Shown: positions 20,789 to 31,943, counted from the first letter of the stretch. The stretch: DNA of 64,000 nt from Microcoleaceae cyanobacterium (GCA_051652765.1 JBOFUV010000112.1:1-64000), one strand, 5' to 3'. The notes: a model not told the origin generated them from the letters alone. Translations and numbers: made by a program.

Positions 20789-21626
20789 GAATGAACAATC
20801 TAAGTTAAGATAGCTGAATTTTTGTTTACAACCCTTCTATAGTTTCACATTCAAACCATTTCGTCAAGACTTGTTCTCTTAAATCTAAACGTTTTACTTG
20901 CTGAATTGGGTGACTAGCGATTATGCTTAAGGGAAGAAAGATTTAATAAATAATCAATCAGAGGTGGTGAGCTAGGATGTTTCTTAAGTCCTTAGCATAG
21001 CTTTTAACCCTGCCGATAGGGTAAGCGTAGGTTCCTGGATCTGGGAAACTCAAGCCTCAAGTAGCAAATTTATGGACGTTCCCGGTCATAGTTTTAAAGA
21101 AATAGATCAATCCTGGGTTGAGCAGTCGCTTGTGAGATTAAGCTGTCTGAGTTGTTGTAGTCCAGGCAGATGGTTGGAACAGGGTTCTCCAAGGGTCAAT
21201 GGGTATAGTTTACAGCGTTCCTGGGTTGGTTCAGAAGGCTGTTTGCGGATAGATGACACGAGCTAGCTCTGGGTTGAGATTCTAGGGAGAACTAGACGTT
21301 GAGAAAAGTTTACTCAATTTGACTCTAATTCTTGGGAGATCCCCTCTCTATGTAGAATGTCTTTTCTTAACTTTTGGTCACTAGGCTAGTTCCATTGTGG
21401 CTTCCCAAGGCACATTTTTAGGGGAAAGCAGAGCGTCAAATCTCCCAACATTCTTATACATCCTTTCAGTTTTTTCCTCCAGTGAGGCAAGAACTTGATG
21501 GGCATCCTCCAGTCATTGACTGAGATGGCAAACAGATTTCAAACTCTGCTTTGCCAGAGAGCTTTAGTTCACACTGAGTCGGTTGAACCCGGCTCGGAAC
21601 TTTACAGTTAAATTTTTCAACTTTTT

Positions 21627-22679
21627 ATGAAGGCGAATGAAATTGTCAATTCCAGTCAATTTTTAACTCGATACACTGCTGGAGAACGAAACTTCAGTGG
21701 GATCAATTTAAAGAGGGTTGCTTTAGAAGGACTGTCCCTCAATCGAGTGATCTTGAACCAGGCAAACTTGACCCAGGCCAATTTATATCAGACTCGACTG
21801 ATCGGAGCCAACTTAGGCGGAGCAAACTTGACCCAGGCCAATCTCTCCCAGGCTCTCTTGATCGAAGCGAATCTCTCCGGGGCAAGTTTCACCAACACTT
21901 GTTTAGTTCAGGCTGATCTCAGTGGTGCAATTCTCAGTGGTGCAGTCTTTACTCAAGCCAATCTGAGTCAGGCGAATCTCACTGGAGCAAGCCTGATTGG
22001 AGCTTGCCTACTCAACCACTCCAAACTGACCCAAGCGATTCTGATTGGGGCAACCTTGAGCCGTTCAGTCCTGAGTGGAACTGATTTTAGTGAAGCAAAT
22101 CTAACTCGGGCAATCCTCAGCGAAGTTGATCTGAGTGGGACAAACCTGAGTCGAGCGAGGCTGATTTGCGCGTATCTAAATCGGAGCAACCTCAGTGGAG
22201 CAAACCTGACCGCAGCAAATTTGAGTGAGGCAACCCTGCGTGAGACTAACCTGAGTGTTGCGAATTTAGCTGCGGCAGATTTGTATGGTGCTGACTTGAG
22301 AGGGGCCAACCTGAACGGTGCTATTCTGACCGGAGCCAATTTGCAAAGTACAAATCTTCGAGGTGCCAATTTGAATGGGTTGGTTTTACATGAGGCCGAT
22401 TTAAGACTGGCTGACTTGACCCAGGCTAACCTTCGAGGTGCCGATCTGCGGAGTGCAAATCTGGCGGGAGCGAATCTGTTAGAGGCGGATTTGCGGGGGG
22501 CAAATCTTCAAGGTGCAAATCTGCGGGGGGCCGGGTTATTGTTAACCTCCCTAAACGGAGCTGATCTCCGAGGGGCAAACTTCTCTGAAGCCAACCTCAT
22601 CGGTGCTCGTTTCAACGGAAATCTGAATGATGTTGCTCTTCAGGGAGCGATTCTGCCGAATGGCGGCACCTATCGTTAG
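21627..22679 (+). CDS. Pentapeptide repeat protein
   Basis: RYTAGERNFSGINL N-terminus, then continuous A(N/D)Lxx repeats and terminal ILPNG. Confidence 0.95.
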   Translation: MKANEIVNSSQFLTRYTAGERNFSGINLKRVALEGLSLNRVILNQANLTQANLYQTRLIGANLGGANLTQANLSQALLIEANLSGASFTNTCLVQADLSGAILSGAVFTQANLSQANLTGASLIGACLLNHSKLTQAILIGATLSRSVLSGTDFSEANLTRAILSEVDLSGTNLSRARLICAYLNRSNLSGANLTAANLSEATLRETNLSVANLAAADLYGADLRGANLNGAILTGANLQSTNLRGANLNGLVLHEADLRLADLTQANLRGADLRSANLAGANLLEADLRGANLQGANLRGAGLLLTSLNGADLRGANFSEANLIGARFNGNLNDVALQGAILPNGGTYR

Positions 22680-22806
22680 CAGCTAAACCTCTGACACTCT
22701 GAATCTAATTCCCTGGGTGTAAACTTTGAATCTTCAAACTTCTTCTTAGTTGTGTTAGACTAGGGAAGTTTGATTGTTTTTAGGTACAGAGGTAAAACCA
22801 CGAAGA

Positions 22807-23232
22807 ATGAAACAATTGGGAACCCACCTGGTTATGGATGCATGGCAATGTCCATCAGATTTGCTCAATAGTCCAGAGCACATCCGCCGCGCAATACTTG
22901 ATGCTATTAATGCTGGAGAAGCAACTCTGATTGACTTCTGTATTCACCAGTTTAGTCCCCACGGTGTGACGGCAACGGCGACTTTAGCAGAATCTCATAT
23001 CGCCATCCATACTTGGCCAGAATTTGGCTACTTCGCTGCTGATGCCTTCTTTTGTGGCAAAGGGAACCCACGGCGAGCGATTGAACTGTTGGCCCAGTCC
23101 TTGCAAGCTCAGGCAACCCAGATTCAAGAATTTCGTCGTGGCTTCGAGTTAGAAGCAGAGCCCAGTCATCTTTCTGATGTTAAGGGGTTTAATTCCCCTC
23201 AACCTGCTTCGGTAGCCTCTCTGAAAAGGTAA
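22807..23232 (+). CDS. speD: S-adenosylmethionine decarboxylase proenzyme (class 1B)
   Basis: LGTHL, HQFSPHGVT, autocleavage site LAE-SHIAIHTWPE, FFCG. ATG at 22807. Confidence 0.9.
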   Translation: MKQLGTHLVMDAWQCPSDLLNSPEHIRRAILDAINAGEATLIDFCIHQFSPHGVTATATLAESHIAIHTWPEFGYFAADAFFCGKGNPRRAIELLAQSLQAQATQIQEFRRGFELEAEPSHLSDVKGFNSPQPASVASLKR

Positions 23233-23252
23233 CTTTTTGCGGAAGGTTAAAC

Positions 23253-23288
23253 TTGAGTAGAGACGTTGAATTCAGCGTCTCTACTCAA
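23253..23288. terminator. GTAG-type REP-like palindrome acting as a probable bidirectional terminator
   Basis: TTGAGTAGAGACG-TTGAATTCAG-CGTCTCTACTCAA between convergent genes; resembles the cyanobacterial GTAGAGACG...CGTCTCTAC repeat. Confidence 0.7.
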
Positions 23289-23354
23289 ACATCCAGTAGT
23301 TTTTCTGTTCAAGGCTAAAGGCTAAATTTAAGGCTCAATGTTAAAGCTCAATTT

Positions 23355-24017
23355 TTAACGCTGTTTAATCAAGGGTCGAACAATCCAATATCCCGCTCCA
23401 AAGGCAAAGATCACAATCAACCCAATGGACACTGCCAACCAAAAGCCACTCAGTTCAGTCTGACTAGACCGTTTTGAGTTGGTTAAGCGGATAGGGCGTT
23501 CAGGTTCCTCAGTGTATAGCGTCTCAATAAGTTCTGGTGGCTTAGCATCAGGAGAGGGAAAGGGGAGTTCGGGCTGAGCAGAATTGATTGGGACTCTAAC
23601 TTCAGGCTGAACCTGCTGGGGAGATGAGAGTAGTGCTGGGGAAGCGGCCTGAGGAGTTTCCTGAGGCATACTCAACTTAAGAGCAGGGGGAGATGATGGA
23701 ATCGCGCTCACAGGCAGAGGCAGGGGAGAACGGGCCAAAAGAGAATTTGGCTGATTCACAGGTTGATTTAATTTTTGAGCAGAGTTTACAGCCTGCTGAA
23801 GCTTAATCGCAGCCTGAGTAACATTCTCAAGTTCTTGCCGAAGCTGCTGATTTTGCTGAAGAAGCTGTTTATTTTGATCCTTGAGGGAATCAATAATGCC
23901 CTTAGATCCCTGTAACTCTGCGGTCACCTCCCGATACAGGGAGATTGGAACTGAAGGGGCATAGGATGTTACAGGATACTCTGGAGAGAGGGGATCAGAA
24001 TTGGCAGCTTTTTCCAT
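23355..24017 (-). CDS. Hypothetical protein (coiled coil, Pro-rich linker, C-terminal TM anchor)
   Basis: PSVPISLYREVTAELQ...QNQQLRQELE coiled coil; C-terminal WLAVSIGLIVIFAFGAGYWIVRP. ATG at 24017. Confidence 0.8.
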   Translation of the reverse strand: MEKAANSDPLSPEYPVTSYAPSVPISLYREVTAELQGSKGIIDSLKDQNKQLLQQNQQLRQELENVTQAAIKLQQAVNSAQKLNQPVNQPNSLLARSPLPLPVSAIPSSPPALKLSMPQETPQAASPALLSSPQQVQPEVRVPINSAQPELPFPSPDAKPPELIETLYTEEPERPIRLTNSKRSSQTELSGFWLAVSIGLIVIFAFGAGYWIVRPLIKQR

Positions 24018-24157
24018 GGAAGTCAACGATGCTAACCTTATTAAAACTCTAAGATTAATAATAGTAGTTATTAGAGCAATCCGAGGGAATTTCGTCAAGG
24101 AATTCAATCCCGAACCTTCTCTCAAATTCATTCAGCTTGAGGATTTGAAATCTGACC

Positions 24158-24580
24158 ATGAGCAACTTACAACCGGAAATCAACACCTTTTCTCCCATTC
24201 CTTCGGAAGAGGCGAAATATGGCGAGCGGGAGATTGAAGTCGGTCAGTTGACCACTTTCCCTAACCCCAGAGTGGGACGGCGCTATGAGGTTCAGATTGC
24301 ATTGCCAGAGTTTACCTGTAAGTGTCCATTCTCAGGCTATCCTGACTTTGCCACAATTTACCTCACTTATGTCCCCAATGAACGAGTTGTTGAGTTAAAA
24401 GCATTAAAGCTGTATATCAACAGTTATCGCGATCGCTACATTTCTCATGAAGAGTCAGTTAACCAGATCCTAGATGACTTCGTAGCCGCCTGTGATCCGT
24501 TGGAGGTCAACCTGAAAGGGGATTTTAATCCCAGGGGTAATGTCCATACGGTAGTTGAAATTCAGTATCAACGCCCCTAG
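24158..24580 (+). CDS. queF: preQ0 reductase (7-cyano-7-deazaguanine reductase)
   Basis: PEFTCKCPFSGYPDFA, QueF motif ELKALKLYINSYR, SHEE, NPRGN. Confidence 0.97.
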   Translation: MSNLQPEINTFSPIPSEEAKYGEREIEVGQLTTFPNPRVGRRYEVQIALPEFTCKCPFSGYPDFATIYLTYVPNERVVELKALKLYINSYRDRYISHEESVNQILDDFVAACDPLEVNLKGDFNPRGNVHTVVEIQYQRP

Positions 24581-24651
24581 GTCAACCAGGTTGATATGCA
24601 TCCAAGGGTTCCCAAAAAGCGCCGCGATGCAGGACTTTTGGGAGAACAAAT

Positions 24652-24707
24652 TATAATTGATTAAAAAATCGCCATCCCTAGGGGTAGCGATTTTTTAATC
24701 AATTATA
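24652..24707. terminator. Long inverted repeat, bidirectional terminator between queF and glnA
   Basis: Perfect 21-bp arms TATAATTGATTAAAAAATCGC (24652-24672) and GCGATTTTTTAATCAATTATA (24687-24707). Confidence 0.85.
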
Positions 24708-24726
24708 TTGATCCTAAGCCTTGAGA

Positions 24727-26148
24727 TTAGCAATCGTAATACAGGGCAAACTCATAAGGATGAGGCCGTAACCGCATTGGATTCACTTCATTATCAAGCT
24801 TGAAGGAAATCCAATTCGCAATGAAGTCTTCTGTGAAAACACCAGACTCAACCAAGAACCCATGATCATTTTCCAAAGCTTCCAAAGCCAGCTCTAGAGA
24901 CCCTGGGGTTGAAGGAATCTTACGCAGTTCCTCAGGGCTGAGATCATAGATGTCTACATCAAGCGGATCACCGGGGTGAACTTGGTTCTTCACGCCATCC
25001 AAGCCCGCACACAACATTGCTGCGAAAGCCAGATAAGGATTGGAAGTCGCATCCGGGCAACGGAATTCCATCCGACGGGTCTTCGGATTGGGGCCAGAGA
25101 GGGGAATCCGAACAGAGGCTGAGCGGTTGCCCTGAGAGTAAGCCAGGTTTACAGGAGCCTCAAACCCTGGAACTAAACGTTTGTAGGAGTTTGTTGTCGA
25201 GTTTGTGAATGCTAATAATGCAGGTGCGTGTTTCAGAATCCCGCCAATATAGTGCAGGCCAAAATCACTCAGCCCAGCATACTTATCCCCCCCAAACAAA
25301 GGCTGTCCATTTTTCCAAATAGACTGGTGGGTATGCATTCCAGAGCCGTTGTCATTAAACACAGGCTTGGGCATAAAGGTAGCCGATCGGCCATATTTCT
25401 TGGCAACATTCTTGATAACATACTTGTAAATCATCAAGTTGTCTGCAGCTTCAACTAACGTGCCAAAGCGGAATCCCAGTTCGCACTGCCCAGCCGTTGC
25501 GACTTCATGGTGATGCTTTTCAATCGGTACACCGCACTGCATCATTGTCAGCAACATTTCAGTTCGCATATCTTGCAGAGTGTCAGTGGGAGCAACTGGA
25601 AAATACCCTTCCTTGTAACGGGGCTTGTATCCTAAGTTGCCACCGGGCTCTTCTCTTCCAGAGTTCCAGCGACCTTCAATCGAATCGACGTAGTAATAAC
25701 CACTGCTCTGATTTTGATCAAATCGAACATCATCAAACACAAAAAACTCAGCCTCGGGGCCAAAATAAGCGGTATCGCCTAAACCTGTCGAAACCAAGTA
25801 ATCAATTGCCCTCTGAGCAATGACTCGAGGACAGCGAGCGTACCATTCTCCAGTACGCGGCTCCTTAATGCTACAAACAATGCTCAATGTTGGTTCTGAC
25901 ATAAACGGGTCAATCCAAGCTGTCTTGGGATCGAGCACCATCATCATGTCAGACTCGTTGATTGCTTTCCATCCTCGAATACTTGACCCATCAAATGGGA
26001 CACCATCCGTGAAGGAACTTTCATCAATCTGATCCTGATAAACTGTTAGATGCTGCCAGATTCCTGGCATGTCAATAAACTTCAGGTCAATCATCTTGAT
26101 GCTTTGGTCTTGAACCATGCTCAAGACCTCTTGGGCTGTTTCAGGCAT
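24727..26148 (-). CDS. glnA: Type I glutamine synthetase
   Basis: [19 protein letters not shown]...[29 protein letters not shown], terminal [14 protein letters not shown] at 26148 after AGGAG. Confidence 0.99.
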   Translation of the reverse strand: MPETAQEVLSMVQDQSIKMIDLKFIDMPGIWQHLTVYQDQIDESSFTDGVPFDGSSIRGWKAINESDMMMVLDPKTAWIDPFMSEPTLSIVCSIKEPRTGEWYARCPRVIAQRAIDYLVSTGLGDTAYFGPEAEFFVFDDVRFDQNQSSGYYYVDSIEGRWNSGREEPGGNLGYKPRYKEGYFPVAPTDTLQDMRTEMLLTMMQCGVPIEKHHHEVATAGQCELGFRFGTLVEAADNLMIYKYVIKNVAKKYGRSATFMPKPVFNDNGSGMHTHQSIWKNGQPLFGGDKYAGLSDFGLHYIGGILKHAPALLAFTNSTTNSYKRLVPGFEAPVNLAYSQGNRSASVRIPLSGPNPKTRRMEFRCPDATSNPYLAFAAMLCAGLDGVKNQVHPGDPLDVDIYDLSPEELRKIPSTPGSLELALEALENDHGFLVESGVFTEDFIANWISFKLDNEVNPMRLRPHPYEFALYYDC

Positions 26149-26225
26149 GAAACTCTCCTTGAACTTTTGGAATGAAGGGTTAACAATGAGGTGTTGATTA
26201 CTCACTCTAACCATACATCTGGCTG

Positions 26226-26268
26226 ATCATAGTGACTCAGATTGATTAAGTTTTGTATCGCTCAATAC
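26226..26268 (-). promoter_or_regulatory. Class II NtcA-activated promoter of glnA
   Basis: GTA-N8-TAC at 26255-26268, followed on the - strand 23 nt later by the -10 box TATGAT (26231-26226). Confidence 0.85.
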
Positions 26269-26325
26269 ACTCTGTAGGAACATACCTCAGAATAATTGAA
26301 GGATATGACTGGGAGATAACTTTTT

Positions 26326-26835
26326 ATGCGAGACGCAGTTACGAGCTTAATAAAAAATTACGACACGACCGGGCGTTATCTTGATCGGGATGGTCTTGAC
26401 ACGCTCAAATCCTATTTTCAGACTGGGACAGCCCGAGTTCAAGCCGCAGCGAATATTAATGCAAATGCAGCAGACTTGGTGAAGCAAGCAAGTATTCAGC
26501 TTTTTGCCCAAATTCCTGAGCTGATCCGTCCAAGCGGTAATGCTTATACAACTCGGCGCTATGCAGCCTGTTTGCGGGATATGGATTATTATTTGCGCTA
26601 TGCAACCTATGCCTTAGTCGCTGGGAACACCAATGTTCTAGACGAACGAGTTTTGCAAGGCTTGCGGGAAACCTACAATTCTCTAGGAGTTCCGATTGGG
26701 CCAACTGTAATCGGCATCGGTATCTTAAAAGAAATGGTACGAGCCCAGGTTGCAGCCGCAGGACTGCCCTTGGGGGACTACCTCGATCAGCCTTTTGACC
26801 ACATGATTCGCGAACTTTCAGAAACAGATATTTAA
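26326..26835 (+). CDS. apcF: Allophycocyanin beta-18 subunit
   Basis: MRDAVTSLIKNYDTTGRYLD, GNAYTTRRYAACLRDMDYYLRYATYAL; divergent from glnA, as in other cyanobacteria. Confidence 0.97.
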   Translation: MRDAVTSLIKNYDTTGRYLDRDGLDTLKSYFQTGTARVQAAANINANAADLVKQASIQLFAQIPELIRPSGNAYTTRRYAACLRDMDYYLRYATYALVAGNTNVLDERVLQGLRETYNSLGVPIGPTVIGIGILKEMVRAQVAAAGLPLGDYLDQPFDHMIRELSETDI

Positions 26836-26929
26836 GGTCGAATAGATGGGCTGAATGGGTTGAAGCTGATTTCTGAGGGAACCCTTTAGCTGAACCCTTT
26901 AACTCAATTGAGTATCTAAATTGCCATTT

Positions 26930-26955
26930 AAAACGCGCAGAATTCTGCGCGTTTT
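26930..26955. terminator. Perfect 26-bp palindrome between convergent apcF and tex
   Basis: AAAACGCGCAGAATTCTGCGCGTTTT is its own reverse complement. Confidence 0.75.
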
Positions 26956-27091
26956 TGTTAGCGGATATTTAAGCGGATATTCAAAATGTCTCGCTGGCCG
27001 ACTTCTGGAAATTTGTGAGTCGTCCGTGCAGGTTCGGTAGCGCTGGTAAAAGCCAATCAAAGTCGCTTTCCAGAACCAGATTTTGCAGAGT

Positions 27092-29479
27092 TTATCTCTT
27101 CTTGCCAAATTTTTTCTGCAGGTCTTCTAGGGTTGGGGATTTAGTGGGTTCAGAAGGTTTAGCGGGTTCAGAAGGGTTATCAAAAGATTTAGGAGTCGCA
27201 GGTTTGACAGCGGCATGGGGGTGGCTTTGTCCCCGAGGAGAGTGGTCAGTTTTAGACGTAGAGGATTGGCGAGAAGACATTTGATCGGCAGAACTCGAAG
27301 CCGTCTCTCGCATCGACAGGCTAATTCGTTTTAAGGGTTCGTTCACTTCCAGCACATGCACCTGAACCACTTGGCCAACTTTGACAATTTCCTGCGGGTC
27401 ACTCACGAACCGATCCGCCAGTTGGGAAATGTGTACCAACCCATCCTGATGAACACCAATGTCCACAAACGCGCCAAAATTTGCAACATTCGTGACAACG
27501 CCTTCTAGTTGCATACCGGGCTTTAAGTGGCTCATTTCCTTCACTCCTGCCCTGAAAGTGGCGTACTTGAACTCGGCACGGGGATCACGCCCCGGTTTTT
27601 CCAACTCCGCCAGAATATCTCGCAGGGTCGGTTCCCCAACGGTTTCAGTCACGTATTTTTTGAGGTTGATCTGTTTCACCCGATCTCCCAAGGTCGTCAC
27701 CTGATTGAGGGGAACCTCTAGATCCGCAGCAATTTGTTGCACAAGCTTGTAACGTTCTGGATGAACGGCGGTGTTATCCAGGGGATTTTTACCCGCTCGA
27801 ATCCGGAGAAATCCAGCCGCTTGTTCAAAGGCTTTAGGCCCGAGTTTGGCAACTTTGAGTAATTCACGGCGATCGCTAAACGCTCCATGTTCATTTCGGT
27901 AAGCCACAATATTGTTGGCAATGGCGGCGGTAATGCCAGAGACAAAGGTCAGCAATTCTTTGGAGGCCAAGTTCAAGTCTACTCCCACATAATTCACACA
28001 ACTTTCAACGGTTTCTTCTAACTTTTGTTTGAGCAACTTGGGGTCAACATCATGTTGATACTGACCCACGCCAATGGATTTTGGATCGATCTTGACCAGT
28101 TCTGCCAAGGGATCTTGCAGCCGTCGCCCAATGCTAATCGCTCCCCGCACCGTCACATCTTGATTAGGAAATTCAGCGATCGCCACCTCACTCGCAGAGT
28201 AAACCGAGGCCCCAGATTCGTTCACGATTACCTTAATCGGCTTGTGTTCCAGAGTTTGTAGCACTTCTGTAACAAATTCATCGGTTTCTCGCCCTGCTGT
28301 ACCATTACCAATGGCAATCAGCTCAATCTGGTGAGTAGCAATCAGAGTTTTCAGGGTCTTAGCCGCTTGGGCCCGTTCGTGAGTGGATTGATGGGGGAAA
28401 ATTGTTTGATATTCTAAAAATTTCCCGGTGTGATCCAAGGTCGCGACCTTGCACCCGGTTCGGAATCCCGGATCAATGGCCAAAGTTGGTTTCATGCCCG
28501 CTGGAGCTGAGAGCAGCAACTCCCGCAAGTTCGCCTCAAAGGTTTGAATGGATTCCAGGTCAGCGTCTAGTTTCTTGGTTCCCCGCAGTTCTCCCAAGAG
28601 GGAATTTTTCATCAAGCGATTAAAGGCATCTTGCAGCATTGATTGGTAAAACTGCCGCACTTCTGGGATGCTGGTGCGGATTTCTTCAGCAACCAGGTAT
28701 TGTTGAACGGTCGATTCATCAAAGGTAATGTCTACCTTGAGCACCCCTTCCGTCTCTCCTCGGAAGATCGCCAGCAGATTGTGGGGAGGAATGGCCTTGA
28801 CCTTGGCCTGATAGTTGCGATACATCTCAAACTTGGTTGTGCCCTCGGGATAATCGGCCTTCACCTGGGAGGTAAACAGGGCTGATTCCATTAATTCCTC
28901 TCGCAGATAGGCCCGGTGGGCTGCGGTTTCCGCTACAGTTTCAGCCAGAATATCTGAGGCTCCTTGCAACGCTTCGGCCAGGGTTTTGACCTCCCTGTCC
29001 TCTGCCACAAATGCAGCCGCAATCTGATCTAAGGGCTGGGCTTTGCTGCCTGGTTGGTTCAGAGACTGGATCAACTCAGCTAAGGGTTCTAATCCCTTTT
29101 CCCGAGCCACAGTTGCACGGGTGCGGCGTTTGGGACGGTAGGGCAGGTAAAGATCTTCCAGTTCGGTCTTGAGCAAACAGGTCTCGATTTTGCTCTGTAA
29201 GTCTGCTGTAAGTTTGCCTTGTTCGGCGATCGCTTTCAGAATTGCGGTTTTGCGATCGCCTAGCTCAGTCAGGTAAGTATGGCGTTCCTGAAGCAGTCGC
29301 AACTGGGTTTCATCCATCTCCCCGGTGCGTTCTTTGCGGTATCGGGCAATGAAGGGAACCGTTGCACCTTCTGCAAATAAAGCGAGCGCATTTTCAATTT
29401 GAAAGGGGCTGAGTGCTAGTTCATCCCCTAGCATTTGGGCAATAGCTTGAGCAGGGTTCAGCATCTGTTCAGTCGGCAA
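27092..29479 (-). CDS. tex: Tex family RNA-binding transcription accessory protein
   Basis: TVPFIARYRKERTG, IDPGFRTGCK, GNGTAGRET, RRLQDPLAELVK, C-terminal S1 domain. The start may be the ATG at 29464. Confidence 0.96.
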   Translation of the reverse strand: MPTEQMLNPAQAIAQMLGDELALSPFQIENALALFAEGATVPFIARYRKERTGEMDETQLRLLQERHTYLTELGDRKTAILKAIAEQGKLTADLQSKIETCLLKTELEDLYLPYRPKRRTRATVAREKGLEPLAELIQSLNQPGSKAQPLDQIAAAFVAEDREVKTLAEALQGASDILAETVAETAAHRAYLREELMESALFTSQVKADYPEGTTKFEMYRNYQAKVKAIPPHNLLAIFRGETEGVLKVDITFDESTVQQYLVAEEIRTSIPEVRQFYQSMLQDAFNRLMKNSLLGELRGTKKLDADLESIQTFEANLRELLLSAPAGMKPTLAIDPGFRTGCKVATLDHTGKFLEYQTIFPHQSTHERAQAAKTLKTLIATHQIELIAIGNGTAGRETDEFVTEVLQTLEHKPIKVIVNESGASVYSASEVAIAEFPNQDVTVRGAISIGRRLQDPLAELVKIDPKSIGVGQYQHDVDPKLLKQKLEETVESCVNYVGVDLNLASKELLTFVSGITAAIANNIVAYRNEHGAFSDRRELLKVAKLGPKAFEQAAGFLRIRAGKNPLDNTAVHPERYKLVQQIAADLEVPLNQVTTLGDRVKQINLKKYVTETVGEPTLRDILAELEKPGRDPRAEFKYATFRAGVKEMSHLKPGMQLEGVVTNVANFGAFVDIGVHQDGLVHISQLADRFVSDPQEIVKVGQVVQVHVLEVNEPLKRISLSMRETASSSADQMSSRQSSTSKTDHSPRGQSHPHAAVKPATPKSFDNPSEPAKPSEPTKSPTLEDLQKKFGKKR

Positions 29480-29533
29480 GGAATTTAATTTAAAAGGGTC
29501 TAACCCAACAACAACGAAGTTAAGGAATCGAGA

Positions 29534-31126
29534 CTAATGGCCCGCAGCCTGAACCAATTGCGTCTCTTCTAGGGCTTTCTGAGCTTCTGCTTCCTTGAGA
29601 TGAAACTCAGACAGTTGAGCCTCAATCTGCTCCCGGACTAACTGCCGGAATTCAATAAAGTGTTCAGCATGGGCACAAACAGTTAGGTAATGATCCCAAA
29701 TCGCAGGATTCTGCCGGAAAATCCCGAAGAGCTGCCGCCAGAACTGCCAACGGGTATCCCGTTTGAGTCCTTGTCGCCAGACAATCGTAGCCAACGCCCG
29801 CAATTCAACCGGGTCAGGTAACTTAGCTGCCGCTTTGCCGGGAGGGGGAGCCATCTTGAGGAAGTGGCGGTAGACCCGATCAAGGAAGCGCTTGGGTTCA
29901 TACAGGGTGCAAAAGGCGCGAATATACTCCCCAGCAATATCATCTACGGAACGACTGGGAATATAGTTCATCAGGGTCATTTGGTTGCCATCCCCAGAGT
30001 TGCCCAAGAGTCGGCCTTCTTTCTCCAGGCGATGCCACAGAGCTGTGTTGGGCAAGGCTTGTAAAATGCCAATCAGTGCGGTGGGAATGGCAGTTTGTTC
30101 GACGAATTCCACAATGCGATCGCCTGCTCCGGAACGTTCTCCATCAAAGCCCACAATAAACCCGGCCATGATTCGCAGTCCAGCTCGGTTAATCGTCTCG
30201 ACGGCATCACTGAGGGAATTTCGGGTATTCTGAAATTTTTTCGTCAGTTGTAAGCTATCTGCATCCGGGGTTTCAATCCCTAAAAAGATGGCGTTGAAAT
30301 TGCACTCCACCATTAGTTGCAGCAATTCTTCATCCTCAGCCAAATCAACCGATGCCTCCGTATTCAAGGCAAAGGGATACTGATGATCGGCCATCCATCC
30401 CTTCAATTCCTGCAGTAACAACTTGACATTGCGTTTGTTGCCAATAAAGTTGTCATCCACCATGAACACGCCTCGCCGCCATCCCAGCTCATAGAGGCAG
30501 TCCAGTTCAGCGAGTAACTGTTCTGGGGATTTGGTTCGGGGCTTGCGGCCATAGAGTACGATAATGTCACAGAATTCACATTGAAACGGACAGCCCCGTG
30601 AAAACTGAACCGACATGGAATCGTAGGCATTGAGTTCTAGCAAGTCAAACCGAGGAATTGGAGTTTGGGTCACATCCGGTTTTTCTCCTGCGGGGGCGCG
30701 AAATGTTCCCTGGAGGATTCCCTGCTGTACCGCGTCTACAAATAAGGGCAGGGTAATCTCTCCCTCATCCAAAATCAGGTAGTCTACCCCGGCCCCAAGG
30801 GAATCTTCTGGAACCGAAGTGGGATAGGGGCCACCGACGGCAACTCGCTTGCCTCGCTGTTTGGCTACCCGAATCAGATCCAGTAAATCCTGCTTCTGAA
30901 CAATCATGGCCGACAAAATCACCAGATCTGCCCACTCCCACTCTATTTCTGTTACAGCTCGAACATTGTGATCAACGAGCTTGAACTCCCACTCTTGAGG
31001 CAAAATTGCTGCAACCGTAATTAGCCCTAGGGGTGGCAGCAACACCTTGCGATCAACCAGTTCTAGAATCTTTTCAAATGACCAGAAGGTCTTAGGAAAC
31101 TTGGGATAGAGCAGGAGTACTCTCAT
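29534..31126 (-). CDS. B12-binding radical SAM protein (DUF4070-like C-terminus)
   Basis: LPPLGLITVAA, VAVGGPYPT, SRGCPFQCEFC, VDDNFIGN. Confidence 0.92.
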   Translation of the reverse strand: MRVLLLYPKFPKTFWSFEKILELVDRKVLLPPLGLITVAAILPQEWEFKLVDHNVRAVTEIEWEWADLVILSAMIVQKQDLLDLIRVAKQRGKRVAVGGPYPTSVPEDSLGAGVDYLILDEGEITLPLFVDAVQQGILQGTFRAPAGEKPDVTQTPIPRFDLLELNAYDSMSVQFSRGCPFQCEFCDIIVLYGRKPRTKSPEQLLAELDCLYELGWRRGVFMVDDNFIGNKRNVKLLLQELKGWMADHQYPFALNTEASVDLAEDEELLQLMVECNFNAIFLGIETPDADSLQLTKKFQNTRNSLSDAVETINRAGLRIMAGFIVGFDGERSGAGDRIVEFVEQTAIPTALIGILQALPNTALWHRLEKEGRLLGNSGDGNQMTLMNYIPSRSVDDIAGEYIRAFCTLYEPKRFLDRVYRHFLKMAPPPGKAAAKLPDPVELRALATIVWRQGLKRDTRWQFWRQLFGIFRQNPAIWDHYLTVCAHAEHFIEFRQLVREQIEAQLSEFHLKEAEAQKALEETQLVQAAGH

Positions 31127-31250
31127 AACTCGTCTCTCTAGGGTTAATTTCGGTATAACCTACTCTAGCAGGACTAATAGTAAATGCCTACACAATCTTT
31201 GGTGTCAAGTGGGCAATGAGCAGAAAAATTGGCAGTAATGGCAGTGAGCC

Positions 31251-31943
31251 CTAAAGCTTGATCTGGGTAATCGCAATGTTGCCACTAAAACAAACGTCTA
31301 CATCGGTTCCAGATTGGCGTTGGCGCTGGCTGTAGTTTCCCACATAGTGCAATTGATCCTGCTCAATTCGATATTCCACCGGTAAGGGCTGGGTCGAAGG
31401 CGGACAAAAGACTAGATCGGGTTCAGGGGCATTGGCTGCTAGATAGGGCAAGTTCACATTCCAGAACGCTCCCGGTTCTAAGGAATGGTTCAACACGGTG
31501 GCTAACACTTTTGCCGTTAACCCCTTAGCCTGTTCCCAATTGACCGGTTTGCCTCCAGCTCGATATTGAGAAATTGCAATTCCTGGAACCCCATAAAAGG
31601 CCGCTTCTCTAACTGCGGCTACGGTGCCTGATAGATAAACATCAATCCCTAGGTTTCCGCCGGAATTAATCCCAGACAGCACCCAATTCACCTTGGTACA
31701 GAGGTGATGAATGGCAATGCGAGTACAGTCTGCAGGAGTTCCGGCGATCGCATAGTGTTGGTCAGAGCGTTTCTGAACTTGAATGGGTTGCTGAGTCGTG
31801 ACTTGATGGCCGCAGCCTGAAAGTTCGTCACGGGGAGCAATGATCAGGCTTTCAGCATCAACAATTTCAGTGTCAACAATTTCAGCTAGGGCTTGGATTC
31901 CCGGCGCATCAATACCATCATCATTAGTCAGAACAAAAATCAT
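31251..31943 (-). CDS. surE: 5'/3'-nucleotidase SurE
   Basis: LTNDDGIDAPG, GTPADC, SGINSGGNLG, SGTVAA. Confidence 0.96.
   Translation of the reverse strand: MIFVLTNDDGIDAPGIQALAEIVDTEIVDAESLIIAPRDELSGCGHQVTTQQPIQVQKRSDQHYAIAGTPADCTRIAIHHLCTKVNWVLSGINSGGNLGIDVYLSGTVAAVREAAFYGVPGIAISQYRAGGKPVNWEQAKGLTAKVLATVLNHSLEPGAFWNVNLPYLAANAPEPDLVFCPPSTQPLPVEYRIEQDQLHYVGNYSQRQRQSGTDVDVCFSGNIAITQIKL

Noticed and set aside
20790..21626. Short ORFs (e.g. 21072-21266) in the long rplJ-pentapeptide intergenic region
   Set aside because: No RBS, motif or recognisable similarity.
29534..31126. Assignment of the B12 radical SAM protein as HpnP or BchE
   Set aside because: Only family-level motifs are visible and there is no hopanoid gene context; it needs a phylogeny.
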